IMG/VR virus record: IMGVR_UViG_3300032334_002267
Span: 73,310-137,309 of that record
Length of the DNA stretch: 64,000 nt
Source of the DNA: a virus
Taxonomy: Duplodnaviria > Heunggongvirae > Uroviricota > Caudoviricetes
Reading direction: 5' to 3' (one strand)
A model generated the notes under the pieces. That model searched no databases and was not told where the DNA came from. It saw only the letters and a program-made list of their open reading frames with translations. Position numbers and translations under genes: made by a program. Within the stretch, counting starts at the first letter, position 1; each line of letters begins with the position of its first letter. This document shows, one piece after another, positions 19,527 through 29,669 of the stretch.

Positions 19527-20951
19527 ATGAAGATTGATGTTATATGTTTAACCAAAACTGATGATGTCCGTTATTTTGACATGTGTTCAAAAACAATATC
19601 GACTCTATTTGAATCTCAGCCTCAAACTGAATTCAATTTAGTTTTAGTTGAATCGTCAAATTCACCAAGGTGGGAATACTCAGAGATTAAAGCGGGAAAT
19701 GTTAATAATTCGATAAAATACATAACCCCTAATGAGAAGTTTGCGTATAATAGATTTCTTAATATAGGAATGACACACACCGAAAATTCAGACTGGTTAT
19801 TAATCATAAATAACGATCTTATATTCGAAACAGGGTGGTTTGATAGAATATTGGAGGCTTCTAGATCTAGACCCGATATAGATTCTTTCAGTCCATTTGA
19901 ACCAGATTTCCATAATAAATATTATACAGGATGGGCTAGTTCAGAGATTAATGAAAGTTATGAAGTTGGATTTGGTGTTTGTGGATGGTGTATTCTGATG
20001 AAAAAATCTGTTATTGATAGAATAGGTAAATGGGACGAAAGATTTTTACACTGGTATCAGGATAATGATTATGCAGAGAATCTTAAACATCACGGGATTA
20101 AACATGCTCTCATAAAATCTTCAATCGTTCACCACCTAACTGAAAGCAGTAAAGATCTTTTGGATGATGAATTAGGGATGACTCTAGGTATGAAAAAAGT
20201 TTTCGATGATAAATGGATGAATAAAAAGAAACCTAGGATAAAGATTTGTCATCTGTTACTGGATCCAAGTCAGCCACAGGATATCCCTTCTGATAAATGG
20301 GATTCTGTTATGGCTAAACAGAAAGCTTCGGTTTCTGCATTCGAAAAAATAGCAAGTAACTTTGCTTGCTACTCCCAGAGGTATTCCGTTGTTAATAGAA
20401 CGGAATTACCATCAGAGAATTGTGCACAGCCAGAAATAATAGATCGATCCAAAGATTTTATTAACAATCCTCCTGTGCTTTCATATGGGCATTATGGTGC
20501 TTACGTTGCTCACAGATCAGCTGTAGAGGATTTTGGAAATTATGATGCACTGATTATTGTTGAAAGCGACGTTGTATATGATCTAAGGCCAGAAGAATTT
20601 ACCAAGAAGATATACGATGCTTATGAATTCGGGTTAGCTAGATCTGGAGCTATGTTTACATTCGGAGCTGTTAGCTACGGCATGGCATCGAGAGCTTCGG
20701 TTAGTGACACTGCAATCTATATGGGTGATTACAAACAGATAGACCATTTTCTCTGTGCTCACTGTTATATGGTCTTTAAATCAGAAAAAGAAAACATTCA
20801 GAATAAATTAGCTAATACCGGATGGCATGCATGGGATATTTGGCTTTATTGGAATTACGATATGAGAGTTCCTATATTTGCTACAACAGCACCTCTTGTA
20901 CATGAGCCGGATGGATATTCCGTTATAGATTACCAGAAAAAAATTACCTAA
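19527..20951 (+). CDS. hypothetical protein, possible glycosyltransferase
   Basis: 474 aa; NNDLIFETGW DxD-like motif, weak. Confidence 0.35.
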   Translation: MKIDVICLTKTDDVRYFDMCSKTISTLFESQPQTEFNLVLVESSNSPRWEYSEIKAGNVNNSIKYITPNEKFAYNRFLNIGMTHTENSDWLLIINNDLIFETGWFDRILEASRSRPDIDSFSPFEPDFHNKYYTGWASSEINESYEVGFGVCGWCILMKKSVIDRIGKWDERFLHWYQDNDYAENLKHHGIKHALIKSSIVHHLTESSKDLLDDELGMTLGMKKVFDDKWMNKKKPRIKICHLLLDPSQPQDIPSDKWDSVMAKQKASVSAFEKIASNFACYSQRYSVVNRTELPSENCAQPEIIDRSKDFINNPPVLSYGHYGAYVAHRSAVEDFGNYDALIIVESDVVYDLRPEEFTKKIYDAYEFGLARSGAMFTFGAVSYGMASRASVSDTAIYMGDYKQIDHFLCAHCYMVFKSEKENIQNKLANTGWHAWDIWLYWNYDMRVPIFATTAPLVHEPDGYSVIDYQKKIT

Positions 20952-21529
20952 TTCTTATCTTTTCTGTTAGCCTTAGCTCTCTTATAAAGAGCTTTATCTC
21001 CCATCTTTGTTGTTTTACCTCCCGTTAAAAAAGAGTTAACCCTAGCCATAGCCCACTGCTGAGGGGTAGTTCCGGGAATATGACCAACTTTCCAAGCTGC
21101 GTACCCCCTACCCCAAACTTGTCTTAGAATCCCTAGAGGAAATCCTGTTTTATCCGATTTCTTTTTAAGAGCTTTATAAACGGGACTGTTCTTACCCATC
21201 TTAGACGCTTCTTCTAGCACGTCTGCTGTGATACTCTCGTCTTCCAAGACAATCTCTTCAAAAACGTTTTGAGGCTCGCTATAGTCATTAAAACTCACTA
21301 TATTGTCGATCTCGAAGTCCTCTGACTCACCAAACATCTCCTTGTATTTTTTAGTGTATTTGCTGGTCTTAGTTGGGACTGGTTTGCCCTTGCCTGCTTT
21401 GCCGCTTTTATAGTCGGCATCCCATGGTCCATATGCTGAAGAATCATCATCAGCCTTGTGCCCATGTTTTTTGATCTCCCTCTTCATTATATTGGGATTG
21501 GTTGTCAGGTATTTTTTAGGGTATTTCAT
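20948..21529 (-). CDS. hypothetical basic protein
   Basis: 193-aa K-rich ORF. Confidence 0.4.
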   Translation of the reverse strand: MKYPKKYLTTNPNIMKREIKKHGHKADDDSSAYGPWDADYKSGKAGKGKPVPTKTSKYTKKYKEMFGESEDFEIDNIVSFNDYSEPQNVFEEIVLEDESITADVLEEASKMGKNSPVYKALKKKSDKTGFPLGILRQVWGRGYAAWKVGHIPGTTPQQWAMARVNSFLTGGKTTKMGDKALYKRAKANRKDKN

Positions 21530-21604
21530 GATTATCTATATATTCACGAGGAACTGGATAAAAATATTTTTTTTATTTCCGAAAGAATTCCATACCTTTG
21601 GGCT

Positions 21605-22063
21605 ATGAAAAATAACGAAAACAAGAGCGTTTGTTCATCCTGTCAAGGAAAATGCTGTAAGGCATTCCCAGGAATAGTCTCTCCTGAGGATCTAAAAGAA
21701 ATAACGGTTGAATCTTTATCTGAGATGTTCAAGAACGGATACCAGTTTGATTACTGGGAAGGTAATCTAACAGGTAACCCAGAACACGATGATCTTACTT
21801 TCTATTATCTAAGACCGCAGACTAAGAAATCTGTTGGCAGAATAGTAGATGCCTCTTGGGGAGGTGAATGCGTTTTTTTGACCGAATCGGGATGCTCAAA
21901 AGAATTTGATCAGAGACCTGCTCAGTGTAAAGCTCTTAAACCGTCCGAGGATCTAAAGTGCTATTTCCCGGATAAAAAGTACGACAAAGAATCCATGATT
22001 AAATCATGGATTCCCTATAATGAAATAATAGTAAAAACTATCGATAAAATATACGGAGAATAA
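21605..22063 (+). CDS. CxxCxxCC putative Zn/Fe-chelating domain protein (YkgJ-like)
   Basis: CSSCQGKCCKAFPG; ATG at 21605. Confidence 0.5.
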   Translation: MKNNENKSVCSSCQGKCCKAFPGIVSPEDLKEITVESLSEMFKNGYQFDYWEGNLTGNPEHDDLTFYYLRPQTKKSVGRIVDASWGGECVFLTESGCSKEFDQRPAQCKALKPSEDLKCYFPDKKYDKESMIKSWIPYNEIIVKTIDKIYGE

Positions 22064-22093
22064 GTATCTAATAAATTAAAAAATTAAAATATA

Positions 22094-23188
22094 ATGGAAA
22101 GAAAATTAGCTTCGATACAGAGAATTGGAAAAATTCTTCCTATCGGGGGAGCGGACGCAATAGAAATAGTAACCGTGAATTCATGGAAGGTTGTCTCAAA
22201 GAAAGGGGAGTTTAACGAAGGAGACCTTTGTGTCTATTTCGAGATAGATTCTTTCTTACCTGTGAGGGAAGAGTTTGAATTTCTAAGAAAATCTTCGTTT
22301 AAAAAAATGGGAGATAAAGAGGGATTTAGATTAAAGACAATAAAACTCCGAGGACAAATCTCTCAGGGACTTTGTCTTCCTCTTTCAGTTTTAAACAGTA
22401 AAGAGTTTGAAGAAATGGTAGTAGGGATTTCAGAGCAGCCTTGGGGAAATCAGTTACAATTAGGTCCTTATGATGATGCAATGATTATAGAGGAGGGGAT
22501 GGATCTTACTGACTATCTTGGGATATTAAAATATGAACCTCCGATCCCAGCTTCATTAGCAGGAAAGGTAAAAGGCTATTTCCCAGGATTTATCAGAAAG
22601 ACCGACGAGGAGAGAATCCAGAACATGACTAAAGAATTCGATAGCATGCGTGATAAGCACTATTACGTAACAGAAAAACTTGACGGAAGCTCTGCAACAT
22701 ATTATTTTAATAATGGTGTGTTTGGAGTTTGTTCAAGAAATTTAGAGCTATTAGAAACAGAGGAAAATACGTTTTGGAAAGTTGCCAGAGAACTTTTCAT
22801 CGAAGAGAAATTGGGAACTCTTGAAGGTAACTACGCGATTCAGGGAGAACTCATCGGCGAAGGGATACAGGGAAATCCATATAAGATTAAAGGTCAAACG
22901 GTTAAAATATTCAACATGTTCAACATAGACACCCGGGAGTATTTGGGACTTGATGATATGATTAGAATACTAGAAAAGATAAATGTTGACGATAAGCCAT
23001 TAGAGCTCGTTCCGGTGATTTATTACGATTATAAACTTCCTTCGACCATAGAGGAGGTTTTAATTCAAGCAGAGGGTAAATCTAGGTTGAACGAACAGAC
23101 AGAAAGAGAAGGATTGGTTATTAGGAATAAAGATAAATCAATATCTTTTAAAGCCATTTCTAATAACTTTTTACTTAAAGCAGGATAA
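22094..23188 (+). CDS. second ATP-dependent RNA/DNA ligase-family protein (KxDG) with a roughly 190-aa N-terminal extension
   Basis: Motif I VTEKLDGSSATYYF. Confidence 0.6.
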   Translation: MERKLASIQRIGKILPIGGADAIEIVTVNSWKVVSKKGEFNEGDLCVYFEIDSFLPVREEFEFLRKSSFKKMGDKEGFRLKTIKLRGQISQGLCLPLSVLNSKEFEEMVVGISEQPWGNQLQLGPYDDAMIIEEGMDLTDYLGILKYEPPIPASLAGKVKGYFPGFIRKTDEERIQNMTKEFDSMRDKHYYVTEKLDGSSATYYFNNGVFGVCSRNLELLETEENTFWKVARELFIEEKLGTLEGNYAIQGELIGEGIQGNPYKIKGQTVKIFNMFNIDTREYLGLDDMIRILEKINVDDKPLELVPVIYYDYKLPSTIEEVLIQAEGKSRLNEQTEREGLVIRNKDKSISFKAISNNFLLKAG

Positions 23189-23253
23189 AGATAAAAGGCA
23201 AAGACAGGACAAAGAACTACAGACGAATTAATTTTAAACTAAAGAATAAAAAC

Positions 23254-25317
23254 ATGAAACGACTATCTTTATTGGGGATCTTTATGATTCTATCTATTTT
23301 TGCAAATGCAAGAAAATTCTATTTCAGTAGTTCAACGGGAAACGATAACTACACCAGCGATCAGGCTCAAAATCAATCGACTCCATGGCAGAGTCTTAAA
23401 AAAATCCAGTATTACACCACATCCGGAAGAGTTTTATTTCAACCCGGAGACACCCTGTTATTTAAAAGGGGAGATGTTTTTTCAAACGGTAATAATGCTT
23501 ACGTTAGCGTGTTCTGGTGGAACGTTCCAAACAATCCATCACAGTCTAGTCTCCCACAGTATTTTACAGCTCCTAGCGGAACATCGACATCTCCGATAGT
23601 AATAACAAACTACGGTGATCCTGCTCTACCACTTCCCAATTGGATACATCCCAATAACACAGTCCCAAGTACATCGGATAAGAATGTAATTGGGTTTGCT
23701 GGAGTAAGATGGATAATAATAGACGGTATTCAATTCAATGACACCAGATTCCCAGTAGCAGACAAAACAAACCCGGCCTACACAACCGGAGCAATCATAT
23801 TAGGGGAATACACTAAATCTAAATTAGTTAATGGTGTTATCATCCCAGGCTCAGCAAGTGACACAGCAAATAGAAAATACTATGTTAAGGATTTTGTAAT
23901 TAGGAATTGTGCATTTAGTAATATAAGTTATGCTTTTCAAGGAATAGCTGCTGAAAGAGCCACTTTAACGAATAACAGAATTACAAATCTAAAATCCACA
24001 ACGGATACGTCTGGAACTTACGATGTCATGGCAGGAGCATTTGAAGGAATGAATTGTGACAACTGCGAGATCAGCTATAATTACATAAAAGGTGCTTGGG
24101 CAAAATCAGGTAGAGTTAGTTCAACATTTGGATTAGGCGGGGTTGGTCTTGACATGTTTAACTGCAATAACACACGAGTAGTTTATAACACTTTTATAGA
24201 TTGCAGTGGTGTATTCGAAATGGGTAATATTGATAATTTAGACACGACAGCTGGTTGCAAGTATGTTACATTCGCATATAATAAAGTAATTAATTGTGGA
24301 CAGATGGGGTATATCCATGCTTCAACAGGATCTTTTGTTGGTAACAGTAGAAACATAGGAATATACAACAACGTTTCCATCAATAACAACAGTTCAAGAA
24401 TGAATGGTCCTAATTTCGGAAGCGACATTTACGGTGATGGACAGTCTTTTATGCAATGGTGGTTCTTTAGGAATAGATATAAGTGTCCTAACAATACTTT
24501 ACCTGTAACAGACAATACATGGAGTAACCCGATTCATCCATCCGTTTGTAATTACGGAGGACATAGGGCTACCGTCCAATACTCATCTGACAATATTAGA
24601 GGAAATGCTGATACGCTTGTTGATAGCAGAAATAACATATTCTATTCAACTGTGGGTGATCAAATGATCTATGGTCATTCTAGAATAAAATACAAGCACT
24701 CTAACAACATCTATTACATAAACGGTGGATTGATAAATCCAACATCTCTTGGAGGAACTTTAGAATCAGGAGAGAGGATTATTAGCACCAAATTATTTTC
24801 AGATACAACTGCAGCCTTTCCAGAAGATTGGGATTTACATTTGGTAGACACCAGTTATGGGGTATCTCATGGACTTATCATACCGGGATTAACTAAGGAT
24901 TTCGGAGGAATGCCTATCTCTTCTACACCTAGCATCGGACTGTATGAAAAATACAATATAGTGAGCACTCCAAATTGTACATTCACCTATGGTCAGTGGT
25001 CAACATGTAATGGAAGTTTCCAATCCAGATCTTACACATCATCTCCCTCAGGATGTAACGGAACGCCTCCTTTAGACAGCATTCAAAGAACGTGCAATAA
25101 CAACGTGGTTATTTCATCTTTTTACTACAGTTCAACCAATAAGCGTATTTATATTAAATGTAATGTTCCTGGCGTGATGGTCATCACAAATGTTTCCGGA
25201 AATATCACCAGAACAGTAAGCTATAATGCAAACGGATATTTTATAAACGTTAGCACGTTACCTTCTGGGACCTATTTTGCATCAACGTATGGAAGATCTA
25301 TAACTTTTATAAAATAA
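23254..25317 (+). CDS. secreted right-handed beta-helix (pectate-lyase-like) protein with a T9SS-type C-terminal sorting domain
   Basis: N-terminal signal peptide; NxxI/N-rich parallel-beta-helix repeats; C-terminus ...VSTLPSGTYFASTYGRSITFIK resembles Por_Secre_tail. Confidence 0.55.
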   Translation: MKRLSLLGIFMILSIFANARKFYFSSSTGNDNYTSDQAQNQSTPWQSLKKIQYYTTSGRVLFQPGDTLLFKRGDVFSNGNNAYVSVFWWNVPNNPSQSSLPQYFTAPSGTSTSPIVITNYGDPALPLPNWIHPNNTVPSTSDKNVIGFAGVRWIIIDGIQFNDTRFPVADKTNPAYTTGAIILGEYTKSKLVNGVIIPGSASDTANRKYYVKDFVIRNCAFSNISYAFQGIAAERATLTNNRITNLKSTTDTSGTYDVMAGAFEGMNCDNCEISYNYIKGAWAKSGRVSSTFGLGGVGLDMFNCNNTRVVYNTFIDCSGVFEMGNIDNLDTTAGCKYVTFAYNKVINCGQMGYIHASTGSFVGNSRNIGIYNNVSINNNSSRMNGPNFGSDIYGDGQSFMQWWFFRNRYKCPNNTLPVTDNTWSNPIHPSVCNYGGHRATVQYSSDNIRGNADTLVDSRNNIFYSTVGDQMIYGHSRIKYKHSNNIYYINGGLINPTSLGGTLESGERIISTKLFSDTTAAFPEDWDLHLVDTSYGVSHGLIIPGLTKDFGGMPISSTPSIGLYEKYNIVSTPNCTFTYGQWSTCNGSFQSRSYTSSPSGCNGTPPLDSIQRTCNNNVVISSFYYSSTNKRIYIKCNVPGVMVITNVSGNITRTVSYNANGYFINVSTLPSGTYFASTYGRSITFIK

Positions 25318-25368
25318 AAAAACCATATAGAATAATAGAGAACAATTAAAAACTAAAAACGATTAATT

Positions 25369-25698
25369 ATGAAAAATAAAATTATTATACTTCTGATATC
25401 AATTCTTGGATTGGCAAGCTGCAGGGAGGAGATGAACGAAAAACAGGAGCCCTATAATGAGTTACGATCAATCGGGATTGAAGAACTCGATACCTTTGAT
25501 GAAAGCTATGATAGGTACTACCAAATTTACACCTTAGAGGGATGTGAGTATATTGTAGTATCTCCCGGGAATAGTCATTTTACCTGGGGATCACATAAAG
25601 GAAATTGTAAAAATCCAATTCACAAGATGGAGCAAAGAAATGACAGCACAGAGAAACAAAAAAAATCACGGACGAATAATGACGGCGATCAGTATTAA
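25369..25698 (+). CDS. lipoprotein
   Basis: LLISILGLASC lipobox. Confidence 0.45.
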   Translation: MKNKIIILLISILGLASCREEMNEKQEPYNELRSIGIEELDTFDESYDRYYQIYTLEGCEYIVVSPGNSHFTWGSHKGNCKNPIHKMEQRNDSTEKQKKSRTNNDGDQY

Positions 25699-25728
25699 GG
25701 AGCTTTAATTTGTTAAAACACAAGCAGA

Positions 25729-26763
25729 ATGAAAATAATTATAACAGGAGGAGCAGGGTATATTGGTTCTCATACAGCAGTAGAAGCTCTCCGTGCAGGG
25801 CATGAAGTAATCATATTGGATTCTTTAATTAATTCGTCATACGAATCGATTGAGAGGATAGAAAAAGCAGCAGGAAAAGCTCCTATATTTCACAAGGTAT
25901 CTCTACTGGATTCTCCACTAGATATCTACGATACCATAGGAGAAGATTCAATAAGGGCTGACGCTCTTATTCATTTTGCTGCACTCAAATCTTCTCCAGA
26001 GTCAGTGGGAAATCCTTTGACTTATTATCGAAACAATATAGATTCCTTGCTCACTTCCATCAGACTGTGCGAGATCCTATGTATCAAGAATTTTATATTC
26101 TCAAGTTCATGCACCGTTTATGGGCAACCCCAGTATCTGCCTATAAATGAATCACATCCGATATCAAAGGGTACAACTCCTTACGGATCTTCAAAAGTTG
26201 TTGGTGAATGGATATTGGAAGATTGCACAGCTATCAAAAAATTAAAATCAGTAGCCCTCAGATACTTCAATCCCGCTGGAGCGGATGCTTCTGGATGGAT
26301 TGGTGAAATGCCAATAGGTAAACCAGGAAATCTCGTTCCTATCATAACTCAGGCAGCTGCAGGTATCTATGAGCAGCCAATAAAAGTTACAGGGGTTGAC
26401 TATCCAACTCCAGACGGATCGGCTATCCGCGATTATATTCATGTAACTGATCTGGCTCAAGCGCATTTAGCTTCATTGGAATGGCTGAACAAACAGGAAC
26501 TTCACACCTATGATGTTTTTAATATCGGGACAGGAAAGGGAACATCTGTTTATGAAATGATCGATACCTTTGTTTTAGATGTTGAACCTGATCTAATCGT
26601 CTGTGAACAAGCAGACAGAAGACCAGGAGATACTGCAGAAGTTTGGTGTGATCCATCGAAGGCTAAATCTACTCTAGGTTGGGAGGCTAAGCTAACAACT
26701 TTAGATATATTAAAGAGTGCATGGGAATGGGAACAGAGGATTAGAGGTATTGGTTTTAATTAG
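25729..26763 (+). CDS. galE: UDP-glucose 4-epimerase
   Basis: MKIIITGGAGYIGSHT Rossmann motif, YGSSK catalytic motif, 344 aa. Confidence 0.9.
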   Translation: MKIIITGGAGYIGSHTAVEALRAGHEVIILDSLINSSYESIERIEKAAGKAPIFHKVSLLDSPLDIYDTIGEDSIRADALIHFAALKSSPESVGNPLTYYRNNIDSLLTSIRLCEILCIKNFIFSSSCTVYGQPQYLPINESHPISKGTTPYGSSKVVGEWILEDCTAIKKLKSVALRYFNPAGADASGWIGEMPIGKPGNLVPIITQAAAGIYEQPIKVTGVDYPTPDGSAIRDYIHVTDLAQAHLASLEWLNKQELHTYDVFNIGTGKGTSVYEMIDTFVLDVEPDLIVCEQADRRPGDTAEVWCDPSKAKSTLGWEAKLTTLDILKSAWEWEQRIRGIGFN

Positions 26764-27217
26764 ACCTGTATTTAATCTGGAGTTCAGCGTGTCTGATTAG
26801 ATAGCTTTTAACCCCTGGAACTTTAAGAAGAAAATCTCTTTCGTACTGATAACAAAAGACTTCCTCTTCATTCTCACTACATGACATCCTTAAAGATCTA
26901 AGTTTAAGATGGAGAGACTCGTGAACTATCACAGCACAGATGTTATCCAAGTCTTCAATGTTCATGTCTTTGGCCGAAATTATGATGGTTCCTCTTATTA
27001 GAGAATCACCAGAGTTTGTTGAGTATGGTCCGTTCCAAAATGAGATCTCCTGACAGTAATCATTTACAGTTTTATAGTAGTTGCTGTCTATGGATTTGAT
27101 TTTCTGGAGTGCCTCAGAAACTCTAAGATCCCAAAAATTGCCTCCCTTGTCTATTTTTATCTGGGAATAAGCTATAGACGGAATAAAAACAAAAAATAAA
27201 ACTATAAATCTAATCAT
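26756..27217 (-). CDS. secreted HExxH protein (putative metallopeptidase)
   Basis: Signal peptide; VIVHESLHLK. Confidence 0.4.
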   Translation of the reverse strand: MIRFIVLFFVFIPSIAYSQIKIDKGGNFWDLRVSEALQKIKSIDSNYYKTVNDYCQEISFWNGPYSTNSGDSLIRGTIIISAKDMNIEDLDNICAVIVHESLHLKLRSLRMSCSENEEEVFCYQYERDFLLKVPGVKSYLIRHAELQIKYRSN

Positions 27218-27227
27218 AAAAGTATAT

Positions 27228-27686
27228 ATGGAAAGAAAAAACGTTAAGAGGAAAGGAATTAAGACTCCGAAAGAAACACAAAAGGAAAAATCACTCGTAG
27301 AGGTTAGCGATCTGGAGATAGCTAAAAAAATGCTAAAAATATATCAGAGTGCAGTAGACAGAAAACTCGAATTTAACCTCACGTTAGAAACTGTTAGAAA
27401 ACTTCTATCCTACCCAACTTGCTATTACACAAACCGAAAATTTGAGGAGGAAGGAAACTACGCTAGAAGCTTTGACCGCATAGATTCTTCTAAAGGGTAT
27501 ATTGACGGAAACGTCGTAGCTTGCACTGTTGATATAAATGGTAAGAAAAGCAATCTTTCAATTGAGGAGATAGAATGCCTATATAAAAAGCTCGTTTCTA
27601 CTAAAAATCGTGTGGAAACCACCGTTCCTGACGAAAAAACATCAAAACTCGCAGAACCGGGCGTTACTGGTCCGCAGGAAGATTAG
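27228..27686 (+). CDS. hypothetical protein, possible degenerate HNH/beta-beta-alpha-Me nuclease
   Basis: CYYTN..FDRIDSSKGYIDGNVVAC..N pattern. Confidence 0.3.
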   Translation: MERKNVKRKGIKTPKETQKEKSLVEVSDLEIAKKMLKIYQSAVDRKLEFNLTLETVRKLLSYPTCYYTNRKFEEEGNYARSFDRIDSSKGYIDGNVVACTVDINGKKSNLSIEEIECLYKKLVSTKNRVETTVPDEKTSKLAEPGVTGPQED

Positions 27687-27721
27687 AAAGGATATATAGA
27701 TAAAATCTTAGGTTTTTATCA

Positions 27722-28597
27722 ATGTCCCAGCTATTAAAATTCAAAAACTTTATCAACGAAAACGAAGTCCCTAACGAGGGAGGGTTTATAGTTACTGATG
27801 AATTCGTATCCGTACTAGAACAGACATTTGGCTTACTAAGAAAGGGTATTGCTTATGAAATGTTTGCTATCAAGACGCACTCTAAAGCAAAAGGTTTACT
27901 GAATGGTGTAAAGATTAAGGTGAAAGCAAAAGGGTTAGCATCATTGGTAGAATCATTGAGTGAAGAGAGATATAATATTTCACCCGATTGGTTTAACTCT
28001 GATTCTAAGGATTATGGTAATTTAATATATTTCATATTTAATCAAAACACCGATTTAAAAATAGGTTCTTATGAATTGGACTCCACGTGGAGCACAAAAT
28101 ACAGAACTTATCTAGATTCTAAATCCACTCTTTGGCCTGGATACGGCGGAAAAAGATCGGAAAGACCCAAAGAAATGGTAATAGAATACAATTGTGAGTC
28201 TGAAGATCAGTTTATTGATATTTTTGAAAACGGGATTTCTGATATAGTAAAAGAATTGTGCGACGTTAAGATCATATACCTAAAAGAGAAAGAAGAGGAA
28301 AAAAACATTCCGCTTGAGCTTAATTCTAAAATAAAAGAGAGCATAAAGGATCTATATCAAAAATCAGTGGTTAGTTTTTTTGAAACAGGTGAGGTTGAGA
28401 GCAAAGACATCTCAATAAGCCAAATTATTCTTGACATCTACGAGGAGACGCCAAGTCTATTCTCAACATTTAAAAGTGTTCCTGAGGATTTAGCAGATGA
28501 TGTTATAGAAAAAGCAGAGTCGGAGTCATATCCTTCAGATTTCATTATCGGGCTAAAGAAAATGCAGAAGCTCAATAAGATATTAAAATATAACTAA
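27722..28597 (+). CDS. hypothetical protein with N-terminal family motif
   Basis: MSQLLKFKNFINE. Confidence 0.45.
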   Translation: MSQLLKFKNFINENEVPNEGGFIVTDEFVSVLEQTFGLLRKGIAYEMFAIKTHSKAKGLLNGVKIKVKAKGLASLVESLSEERYNISPDWFNSDSKDYGNLIYFIFNQNTDLKIGSYELDSTWSTKYRTYLDSKSTLWPGYGGKRSERPKEMVIEYNCESEDQFIDIFENGISDIVKELCDVKIIYLKEKEEEKNIPLELNSKIKESIKDLYQKSVVSFFETGEVESKDISISQIILDIYEETPSLFSTFKSVPEDLADDVIEKAESESYPSDFIIGLKKMQKLNKILKYN

Positions 28598-28605
28598 TTT
28601 TTAGA

Positions 28606-28992
28606 TTGAAAGCAATAAAGATATACGAGGATTTTGAAGATGCGTCTCCGGAGGAAATTCAAAAAGAGATGTTAGAGGAATTTATAGCAGACAGAGAAAC
28701 TAATGATTTTGTGTATAGATTCCTAAGAGGTAGAGGTATGAATCTAGATGAAATGGAATGTGTCGATTTCGACCAATTCTTCATAAGATATAGTCCGATG
28801 GGAGAATTTATACCCCAAAGAATCTCATATTACATTGACGATCTAAAAGAGCTTTTAAGCGAAATGATAGGAACTGATGTGGAATGGAGTTTCGGAGCAG
28901 GATTTCAGGGAGTGGGAACACTAACATTCACATTAGACGGAGAAATAGATCCTAAATTTATAAAGGCTAAGAAAATAATGAAGTATTCCTAA
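28606..28992 (+). CDS. hypothetical protein (TTG start) with N-terminal family motif
   Basis: MKAIKIYEDF. Confidence 0.4.
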   Translation: MKAIKIYEDFEDASPEEIQKEMLEEFIADRETNDFVYRFLRGRGMNLDEMECVDFDQFFIRYSPMGEFIPQRISYYIDDLKELLSEMIGTDVEWSFGAGFQGVGTLTFTLDGEIDPKFIKAKKIMKYS

Positions 28993-29002
28993 TATATAAG
29001 AT

Positions 29003-29605
29003 ATGAAATTTCTTAAAAAATATGACGAATGGATTGTTGAAGAAAATGATTCCTCGACGATTCATTTTTCCATGTTCATAACAGAAGGAAATGAAAGAAT
29101 AATTCTTAGACCGGGAGATCTTCTAGACAGATTTAAGCGTAATAGATTTAAAGACCCTCTAATTCTTGATATTTTCAAATACATGCAGGATTCAAGAGTT
29201 GAAAAAATGAAATCCGTCATAAAGAAAAAATGGCCGAACGTGGAAACCGTACAGGATTCGGACTTTCCGATCTACAGAGGGATATCAATATCAAAGAAAG
29301 ATCCAAAATACAAATTCTGGGACGGGGTATTAGGCGAAAGAAAAGAAACTACACACTTCCCAGCTTCCATTGCTAGGGAAAAAATAAACTACCAATTTAA
29401 CGACTACACCTCTTGGAGTCTAGACCCGTTCATAGCTCAAAGCTATGCGGAGGAAAGAGAAGGTGATATTAAAGTTGTATTCTCAACAAACGTTAAAAAA
29501 GTTAAATGTTTTGCAAATCTCTATGAGATAGGGGACGAATCAGAGGAGATTATAGTTTACCCAACAGATAAGATAGAGTTACACTACAAAGCCTGGAGAG
29601 TGTAA
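29003..29605 (+). CDS. putative ADP-ribosyltransferase-like protein (R / S-T-S / E-x-E pattern)
   Basis: IYRG...TSWSLDPF...DESEEIIVYP; N-terminal MKFLKKYDEW family motif. Confidence 0.35.
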   Translation: MKFLKKYDEWIVEENDSSTIHFSMFITEGNERIILRPGDLLDRFKRNRFKDPLILDIFKYMQDSRVEKMKSVIKKKWPNVETVQDSDFPIYRGISISKKDPKYKFWDGVLGERKETTHFPASIAREKINYQFNDYTSWSLDPFIAQSYAEEREGDIKVVFSTNVKKVKCFANLYEIGDESEEIIVYPTDKIELHYKAWRV

Positions 29606-29669
29606 AAAAATCCACTTAAAATTTTTTTTATTTCGTAAATAATCATTACCTTTGTTAAAAATAAGGTTT

